Below, in pieces: positions 58,101-64,000 of a stretch of 64,000 nt of DNA. This DNA is from an uncultured Candidatus Saccharibacteria bacterium. Lineage in GTDB: Bacteria; Patescibacteriota; Doudnabacteria; UBA920. Each line of letters starts with the position of its first letter. Within the stretch, counting starts at the first letter, position 1. Position numbers and translations under genes: made by a program. Under the pieces are notes generated by a model. The model was not told where the DNA came from. It did not search any database and saw only the letters and a program-made list of their open reading frames with translations. The DNA is taken from the NCBI GenBank assembly GCA_964474825.1, contig CAYYWQ010000001.1:165609-229608 (forward strand), given 5' to 3'.

Positions 58101-58143
58101 AGTGGAAGGTAAAGCTATTTGGGTGGGGCTCATTAAGATATAA
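55105..58143 (+). CDS. ileS: Isoleucyl-tRNA synthetase (type 2, eukaryote-like)
   Basis: PFATGLPHYGHIL (HIGH); SKMSKSKNN (KMSKS); 1012 aa. Confidence 0.9.
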   Translation: MAQETPQQPNTGAPNFNELEQNILKFWDENKTFQKSLDQTLGKKPYIFYDGPPFATGLPHYGHILASTVKDAFPRYQTMKGRYVRRRWGWDCHGLPIENIVEQHLKISGKKQIEEIGVDRFNQVCRDNVLRFTEEWGKMVKRMGRWTEFENSYKTMDTTYMESVWWGIKQIWEKDLIYQDRKVLLYCSRCETPISNFEVAMDNSYRDVTEESVFAKFKLLPRQRIVNDLTNDKTFALAWTTTPWTLPGNTSLNLGPDIQYVLVEQNDERYILAKERLSILNGEYETVAEFPARALEGLEYEPLYPGVVPNGRSDSSANVKDMLGDPSRAHRIYLADFVTTQDGTGIVHNAAMYGEEDYELAKEKNLPRLDMLDHKGEYIANERNPKNLHGVFFKDADKIVLKELKERNLVYNVLSYTHSYPHCHRCGTPLFYNALPAWFINIQKVKAQLRKLNSEEINWYPEHLKMGRFDKSMESAPDWNISRNRYWATPLPFWKCENEECKSTICIGSIEDLKEKSSNFAEVYPNYNPEDLNKLDLHKPYIDQVIVKCPQCGGQSKRVPEVVDCWVESGSMPFAELHYPFENQEQFKNRFPADFVAEYIGQTRAWFYVMHVMSALVFDHAPFKHVVTTGNILAEDGSKMSKSKNNYPDPWILIEKYGIDALRFYLLTCPVMSADDINFSEKSVQEVSRKVSMLVYNMWSFYRMYEKSVISSQFTANGGDHILDKWIMSRLSQTHLEVTKDMDAYNTVRVGRAIIDFVNDLSTWYVRRSRERIKQDNEDSKAALQTLGLVLAELSKMLAPLMPFLADFIYKDLTGKESVHLELWTEKMPEPDTKILEEMSVIREIVEQGLSLRKEHGLKVRQPLAELEYHLTGKNNLLGAELEKVLAEELNVKLVSGRSDFVPKAGWAFRETPGFKLALNLELNEELKKEGLARELERLVQDLRKKSGLKVGELVDLYYNATDEVLEHALLNLLDRKKTFVSQIQKSLEVEVDFEAQGEVEGKAIWVGLIKI

Positions 58144-58272
58144 CTTCTACTAAATACTAAAAGAGACTAAAAATACGACACAGTCATCCGACGTGTCGTC
58201 CCGTCAAATGACTGGGACGAAAGCGAAATATTTAGATTTAGTACATTTAGTTAATTTAGTATTTAGTAGAGA
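58144..58272. repeat. Family A palindromic element, full copy with core
   Basis: Near-identical to 50878-51012; creates a spurious N-terminal extension on the recO ORF. Confidence 0.75.
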
Positions 58273-58273
58273 T

Positions 58274-58987
58274 ATGCCACGAGAACAAACCTACCAAGCT
58301 ATAATTCTAAAAAAACAGCCTTACGGGGAAGCTGACGAACTTATTACGGTTTTTACCAAAGAACAGGGTAAGCTGCGTGTTTTGGCAAAATCGGTTAAGT
58401 TTGCTAAAAGCAAGCTGCAGTATGGCCTCCAGACTTTGTTTTTTTGCAAGCTGAGCGTGGTGGGCAGTAAGCTGCCTAAAGTTATTGGCGTGGAAGTTTT
58501 GGAAAGTTTTTCGGGGCTCCGGGAGAATTTGGAAGCAGCCAAGATTTCCTTTTATATTTTGGAATTGGCTTTAAAATTTACGCCCGATGAGCAAATAAAT
58601 TCCGCTTTGTTTGATTTATTAATAAAATCTTTAAAATTCTTTTCCTCAGCGCATAACGAGCTGGTCTTGGGCAGCGGCCTGGCAAAGTTTAAAATCGACT
58701 TCTTGGAGTCTTTAGGGTTGGGAATACAAACTGGTTCTGAAGAAGATACCCCCGAAGAACTATTTTTTAGTAACCAAGCTGGGGGATTTTTATTTTACAA
58801 AGGAACAACTCCTGCCCAAAAAGTACGGAGGGTAACTTATGCGTGGTTTTTAGAACTGTCCAAAATTTCTTTCCAAGAGCTGTCTGCGCGAAACATGGGA
58901 GATTTGGAGGAATTGCAAGATATTTTGTCCGGATTTTTAAGTTATCATTTGGAGAGGGAAATTAAATCCCAAAGGTTTATGTTATAA
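58274..58987 (+). CDS. recO: DNA repair protein RecO (start at MPREQ)
   Basis: YQAIILKKQPYGEADELITVFTKEQGKLRVLAKSVK N-terminal OB-fold pattern. Confidence 0.7.
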   Translation: MPREQTYQAIILKKQPYGEADELITVFTKEQGKLRVLAKSVKFAKSKLQYGLQTLFFCKLSVVGSKLPKVIGVEVLESFSGLRENLEAAKISFYILELALKFTPDEQINSALFDLLIKSLKFFSSAHNELVLGSGLAKFKIDFLESLGLGIQTGSEEDTPEELFFSNQAGGFLFYKGTTPAQKVRRVTYAWFLELSKISFQELSARNMGDLEELQDILSGFLSYHLEREIKSQRFML

Positions 58988-59012
58988 TATTGCTATAATT
59001 TATTAAAAATTT

Positions 59013-60845
59013 ATGCCCATAACACCTGAAAATAATCCCCAGACCCAAAGTCCGCCAAGCTCGTTTACTAAAAAGACCATAGGACAACCCGGCCCTGCTC
59101 CGTTAGTTGCATCCTCTGGGGCCGTTCACTCCCCAGCCGGTTTTTATCGCGAGAATCGTTTTTATGTATGGGCTATTTTAGCCGGGGTTGTTACTATTTC
59201 CGTGTTGGCTTACTTTGCTTTTCGTAAAAGTCCCCCGGTAGCCCCTACAGCGGCTAATGTTACTATTTCGGTGGATGTTCCCGAAACCGCCCCGGCCGGA
59301 GGGCAGACCGTTTATAAAATTAAAGTGGAAAATGACGACACGCAGAAATTGGTCCAAATGTCCTTAGAGTTGGCTTACGGTGAAGGCATGTCTTTTATTA
59401 GTAGTGTGCCCAATCCGCAAAATTTGTCAGGCACCCAATTTGCCGTGCCAGACCTGAGTCCCGGGCAAAACGCGGTCATTACTGTTAAAGCACAGCTTAG
59501 TGGCAATGTTAATGACCAAAAAAACCTTTCCATGAAAGTGCATTACCGCTTTAGTAATTTTAATTCGGAATTCCTTGCCCAAGAAATTTCTACTGTCCGC
59601 TTAACGGCGTCCAATGTGGCGCTGGATATTTCTGGTCCCACAACCACCAATAATGCCCAAATAGCGGTTTACACAGTAAGGTATCAAAACAATTCAAACG
59701 ATGCCATTTCCGGCGCCCAAATAAAATTAAATTATCCCAGTGGATTTGTTTTTGCCACAGCCCAGCCGCCGTCCGATTCAGCCGGCAATATCTGGAACAT
59801 AGACGCGCTGGCATCCGGAGCCTCGGGTACCATAACCATCCAGGGTTCGTTTAATTCGTCTAATCCCGGAGAAGGCAAAACTATTTCTGCTGACTTTTTA
59901 ATATTAGGCCAAGACGGCCAGTATTTTACTCAAAATAGCCGAAGTTTTACCACAACTATGGCCAGCCTGCCTTTGCTTGTAAGTCAAGTGGTAGATAATC
60001 TAAACGCAGAAAGTACCGTTAATCCGGGTGAAAATTTACGTTATAGTATAAAATACCAAAACAACAGCAGCGTGGTAGCCACTGGCGTTAATGTTTTACT
60101 GACTTTAAATTCCAAGGCTTTGGATTTTAGCAGTATTCAGGCTGAAGGAGCGCAGGTTAACAACAATACCATTTCCTGGGACGCTTCCTCTGTGTCTAAT
60201 TTGGGGAGTTTAAACCCCAATGAATCCGGTCAGCTGTCTTTTTCTGTGCGCGTTAAAAATCCCGCCACTAAAGATTCCTCAAAAAATTTAACTGTTTTAA
60301 GCGACATTAAAATTAAATCAACGGAATACGACAGTTATTTTCCGGGGAACCAGGTTAGCTTAAAAATTTCCAGCCCGGTCAGCTTAAATACAGCGCTAGA
60401 TTTCCAAAGCGGCCAGCTGCCGCCACAGGTTGGCAAGACTTCCCTTTATTCTGTAACTCTGACTTTAACTAATTCTACAAACGATTTTAACGGCGGCACA
60501 CTAACAGCCTTTATTCCGTTAGGTGCCGGAGGGTTTGTGCCTGGAAGCGTTAATAGTGCCGAGTCGGGGAAAGTCCAGTTTGATTCTACTACAAGCAAAT
60601 TAACATGGCAGGTGGGTTCGCTGCCCGCGCATATTGGCCAGTTTAGCCCGGCCAGAACCTTACAGTTCGGCGTGCGCCTGATTCCTTCGGCTTCACAAGC
60701 AGGGGAGAGACCAACCTTAATTAAAGACATTCAGTTTAATGCTACAGACAGCTTTACCGGCCAGCCGGTGAGCGCCAAGGCAGACAATATAACCACAGGC
60801 GACCTTTCCGGCAACAATGGCCAAAACAGTACAGTGGAAAGATGA
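59013..60845 (+). CDS. Membrane-anchored surface protein with DUF11-like repeat domains
   Basis: N-terminal TM; repeated ~100-aa units such as GQTVYKIKVENDD...MSFISSVP, IAVYTVRYQNNS...GFVFATAQP and GENLRYSIKYQNNS. Confidence 0.55.
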   Translation: MPITPENNPQTQSPPSSFTKKTIGQPGPAPLVASSGAVHSPAGFYRENRFYVWAILAGVVTISVLAYFAFRKSPPVAPTAANVTISVDVPETAPAGGQTVYKIKVENDDTQKLVQMSLELAYGEGMSFISSVPNPQNLSGTQFAVPDLSPGQNAVITVKAQLSGNVNDQKNLSMKVHYRFSNFNSEFLAQEISTVRLTASNVALDISGPTTTNNAQIAVYTVRYQNNSNDAISGAQIKLNYPSGFVFATAQPPSDSAGNIWNIDALASGASGTITIQGSFNSSNPGEGKTISADFLILGQDGQYFTQNSRSFTTTMASLPLLVSQVVDNLNAESTVNPGENLRYSIKYQNNSSVVATGVNVLLTLNSKALDFSSIQAEGAQVNNNTISWDASSVSNLGSLNPNESGQLSFSVRVKNPATKDSSKNLTVLSDIKIKSTEYDSYFPGNQVSLKISSPVSLNTALDFQSGQLPPQVGKTSLYSVTLTLTNSTNDFNGGTLTAFIPLGAGGFVPGSVNSAESGKVQFDSTTSKLTWQVGSLPAHIGQFSPARTLQFGVRLIPSASQAGERPTLIKDIQFNATDSFTGQPVSAKADNITTGDLSGNNGQNSTVER

Positions 60846-60977
60846 TTAAGGGAATGAATTATTTATTACAATAAGATTGGTCCAAATTTTAGCTTCTCCC
60901 ATTAAATGAACAGTTTAGCAAAAAGTAAAACGCCGCCCACAAGGCGGCGTTTATAATTTATGTTTTAACTTTTTATT

Positions 60978-62123
60978 TTATGGATATATATAGCCTTGTA
61001 TAGCCGGGTCGCTGGTAGATACCCAGCGCTGGTTTACCCGGTTGAATTTTTCGTAGTTCATTTCGGAAACCAATACTCGGTTGCCGTCAACCTGTTCAAC
61101 AAAGGCTACATGGCCATAGCGGCCATAGCCTTTGGTGCCAAAGACAATGGCGGCGTTCGCTGCCGGTTCCTGCCCGGTTACATAACCGGAGGCGCGGGCG
61201 TTGGAAAGCCAGTTTTTAGCATTACCGCCAAAAGTAATTTTCATGCGGGTGGCAACGTAATAAGTGCAGTAACCAATAGGGAAGTAATGGTTGTCCGCGT
61301 CATAGCCGGAGCTAATGCTGGTCACTCCCGGAGTGGTGGGGGTAGATGGTTTTGAAGTTTTTGGTTTAGGGGTTGGTTTGGGAGTGGGTGCCTGCGCAAC
61401 TACGCCGCCGGGAATAATTAAAAAGTCTCCGGGGTTAATGGCTTCGGCGCTGTCTAGTCCGTTGTAGGAAATTATGATTTCCAAAAGTTTTGCGGCGGAA
61501 GCATCCCTAGCTTTTTTGTCGGTATTGTATTTTTCCGGGTTAAACTGTGCGGCTAAGTCCGGCAAAGTTGTGTTGGCATCAGCAGTTACAGCTATGCCGT
61601 CCACCGGAGGAATTATTAAGTCCCAGCCTGGTTTTATAACATCGCTGCTCAGGTTCGGGTTGCTCCAAAGAATGCTGTTTACGGAGATTCCATTTTTCTG
61701 GGCTATGGATTTTAGGCTGTCGCCTGGCTGCGTGGTGTAAACTTTTTTGGTAACATTGGTAACCAAAGCCTGAATGCTGTCGGGGTTAGGAGCCGCAATG
61801 CCGTTGTCTTCAAGGCCGCCGGCATCATTGCTTGTGCTGTCAGCAAAACCACTTTGACTGTCCAGGCCGGCCAGTTCGTCGGCCTGAGCCTGGGGGATTA
61901 AGTTGGTAGCCGTAAAAACTGTAATTACAGTGTTGTTCCTTTCGGAGAGTTGTTTGTTCAGCACAGGGTGCAGAGCCAAAAAATTCGCCGCAAGGCTTTT
62001 ATCGCTATAGTTCTTCAGGTCTCCAAAATCAAAAAAATGGAAATTAAGTCCGGCAACGGCCAAGGCAATTACCATAACCAGCAGTTCGCTGGAAAACTTC
62101 ACGCCAAAATCAAGAACGTCCAT
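60978..62123 (-). CDS. LysM-domain plus CHAP-domain peptidoglycan hydrolase, membrane-anchored
   Basis: LysM YTTQPGDSLKSIAQKNGISVNSILWSN; CHAP GYCTYYVA (Cys) ... YGHVAFVEQ (His); PTPKPT linker. Confidence 0.75.
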   Translation of the reverse strand: MDVLDFGVKFSSELLVMVIALAVAGLNFHFFDFGDLKNYSDKSLAANFLALHPVLNKQLSERNNTVITVFTATNLIPQAQADELAGLDSQSGFADSTSNDAGGLEDNGIAAPNPDSIQALVTNVTKKVYTTQPGDSLKSIAQKNGISVNSILWSNPNLSSDVIKPGWDLIIPPVDGIAVTADANTTLPDLAAQFNPEKYNTDKKARDASAAKLLEIIISYNGLDSAEAINPGDFLIIPGGVVAQAPTPKPTPKPKTSKPSTPTTPGVTSISSGYDADNHYFPIGYCTYYVATRMKITFGGNAKNWLSNARASGYVTGQEPAANAAIVFGTKGYGRYGHVAFVEQVDGNRVLVSEMNYEKFNRVNQRWVSTSDPAIQGYIYP

Positions 62124-62614
62124 GCGCTTTAAATGCACGGCCGGGAAAGCATTAAGGTGCACACGCCTCAGTTGGGGGGCGCGTCGTTTAAACAAAAACA
62201 GGGATTTTTTTATGTAATACTGAATGAAAAAAGCGGTCGTAAAAGAAAGCTTTTTAAATTTAGACCGCCAAAAACGAATAGTCTGAATTTTTTTACTCCA
62301 GTAATAATATAGAGGGGCGCTAAGTAGCAGTATTTACGGTAATTTGTTAGCAAAACCCTAAATATTTTAATGTCTATATAAGTTTAGTCTATGACCCAGA
62401 GGTTAGGCAAGTATTTCATCCACAGTTGGCGGATTTTACTTTTAAACTTAAGCAATTTTATTTTCTTGGCTTATTTTAAAGCAGATTTGGCAAAATGAGC
62501 TTGCAATTTTCTTGCAAACGGTTTTAAGGTTTTTTAGGCGTCTAATTAACACTGTCTAATCATGATATTCATAGGTCGTGCTATAATACTTTGGGTAATA
62601 AAAGTTTTAGGAAA

Positions 62615-64000
62615 ATGGATTTAGGCAGCTTAAACGACAAGCAAAAGCAGGCAGTCACGGCCCCCTTAGGGCCGGTTTTAGTCTTGGCTGGGCCGGGAAG
62701 CGGCAAAACCAAGACTTTAACTTTTCGCATTGCCTATATTATAGAGAAGAAAATGGCGCACCCCGGTAATATTCTAGCTCTGACTTTTACCAATAAAGCG
62801 GCCAAGCAAATGCGCGAGCGGATTTCACCGCTTTTGGCGCGCTTTAAAGGCGCGGTTGAGCAAATTACTATGGGGACTTTCCACGCGGTTTGCGCCAAGT
62901 TGCTCCGTAAAGAAATTACGGCTTTGGGTTACAGTAATGACTTTGTAATTTTTGACAAAGACGACCAAACCAAAGTCCTTAAGGAGATTTTGGAAGATTT
63001 ACGTATAGACACCAAGCGCCTGCCCGCGCCTTTGTTTGCAGCTTTAATGGGCCGGGCAAAAAATGTGTTGCAATTACCTTCGGAGTTAAACCTGGGACTG
63101 GAATCTCCCATGGCGGAAAAATTACAGGAAGTTTACGCCCGTTACCAGGATTCGTTGTTTAAACAAAATGCCTTGGATTTTGACGATTTGCTCATGTTGA
63201 CCGTTAAATTATTTGAAAACTTCCCCAAAGTTTTGGAAAAATACCAAAAACAATTTTCCACCATTTTGGTAGACGAGTATCAGGACACTAACCCGGCCCA
63301 ATATACTTTGTTAAAGATGTTGGCCGTTCACCACAATATTTTTGTAGTGGGGGACGACGCGCAGAGTATTTATAAGTTCAGAGGCAGTGATATTCGCAAC
63401 ATTTTAAATTTTGAGCAGGATTTTCCAAAAGCCTTGGAAATTAAGCTGGAGCAGAATTACCGGAGCACCAAAAATATTTTGCAGGCCGCGCAGAAGGTTA
63501 TTGAATTAAACAGCGAACAGCGTAAAAAAACACTGTGGACGGAAAATTTGGACGGCGAAAAAATTACACTATACGAGGCCAACGACGAGAGAGCTGAAGC
63601 CGAGTTTGTCGCCAAAAAGGTTATTTCTTTGTCTTCTGGCCGTCCCGACGAAATAGAATATGATTTTAAGGAAAATGATGGCGACCCGGAAACTAAGGGT
63701 GCCGGTTTTTCCATATTGGACCGTTTTATTAAAGCTCGTAGGCTATACGGTGCCGCCGCGCCTTCTTTGCGGCAATCGCTACTGCCGCAGCTACCAAAAC
63801 AGCACGAGCCTTTAAATGAATACTGTGTGCTGTACAGGACCCACGCCCAAAGCCGCGCCATTGAAGAAGTCTTTATAACTTCTGGTATTCCTTACCAAAT
63901 AGTGGGCGGCCTGAAATTTTATGAACGCAAGGAAATTAAGGACATGCTGTGTTATTTGCGTTTAATTTTGAATTTTCGGGACCTGGTTTCTTTAAAGCGC
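62615..64000 (+). CDS. UvrD/PcrA-type ATP-dependent DNA helicase (3'-truncated by the window end)
   Basis: Walker A VLAGPGSGKTKTLTFRIAY; VDEYQDTN motif II. Confidence 0.85.
   Translation, partial: MDLGSLNDKQKQAVTAPLGPVLVLAGPGSGKTKTLTFRIAYIIEKKMAHPGNILALTFTNKAAKQMRERISPLLARFKGAVEQITMGTFHAVCAKLLRKEITALGYSNDFVIFDKDDQTKVLKEILEDLRIDTKRLPAPLFAALMGRAKNVLQLPSELNLGLESPMAEKLQEVYARYQDSLFKQNALDFDDLLMLTVKLFENFPKVLEKYQKQFSTILVDEYQDTNPAQYTLLKMLAVHHNIFVVGDDAQSIYKFRGSDIRNILNFEQDFPKALEIKLEQNYRSTKNILQAAQKVIELNSEQRKKTLWTENLDGEKITLYEANDERAEAEFVAKKVISLSSGRPDEIEYDFKENDGDPETKGAGFSILDRFIKARRLYGAAAPSLRQSLLPQLPKQHEPLNEYCVLYRTHAQSRAIEEVFITSGIPYQIVGGLKFYERKEIKDMLCYLRLILNFRDLVSLKR

Noticed and set aside
58193-58273. N-terminal 27 codons of the 264-aa recO ORF
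   Set aside because: This stretch is encoded entirely by the family A palindromic repeat. The conserved RecO sequence starts at the ATG at 58274.
1-64000. CRISPR arrays, rRNA genes, tRNA genes
   Set aside because: No spaced direct-repeat arrays were seen. The repeats present are palindromic single elements. No rRNA-like or cloverleaf T-loop (GTTCRANYC) candidates were found on inspection, and tRNAscan-SE would be the definitive test.

Overview
This is a 64 kb window of low-GC (about 40-45%) bacterial chromosome. The giant PT-linker surface proteins, type IV pilin and generally small genes are compatible with an uncultivated, possibly CPR/Patescibacteria-like lineage, but that placement is inference only. 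Reading left to right, the window holds these core genes and modules:
- two tandem paralogous giant secreted proteins (334-7795), each with a DNRLRE-like domain, a beta-helix domain, an FN3-like domain and a conserved C-terminal domain
- the infC-rpmI-rplT operon and an Nramp transporter
- a pyrimidine cluster, pyrC-carA-carB-pyrB
- pgl, a YhhQ-like transporter, alr and a KH-domain protein
- an ECF sigma factor with a DUF4349-like anti-sigma partner
- a type IV pilin and a lipoprotein
- farther right: smpB, argS, ileS, recO, a DUF11 surface protein, a LysM-CHAP hydrolase and a truncated uvrD/pcrA

The accessory region runs from about 25.4 to 43.9 kb. It begins with a roughly 2 kb high-GC segment that carries a minimal ATP-dependent DNA-ligase-like gene. 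A defence island follows, containing a KAP-family P-loop NTPase, a GIY-YIG protein, a convergent Type II R-M pair and a SIR2-HerA pair. The island ends in a module of small Zn-ribbon and wHTH proteins plus a large serine recombinase.

Three island operons share a conserved promoter, TTGyaA-N17-(GGAG)TAAAAT. Two families of palindromic MITE-like repeats are present. One of them, which resembles the Rickettsia palindromic element (RPE), is inserted in-frame within pyrC. Several candidate small or structured RNAs are also present. They include a promoter-to-terminator unit at 43716-43860, a structured smpB-argS spacer, and a GC-rich region at 32160-32370. No CRISPR array, rRNA or convincing tRNA was seen.
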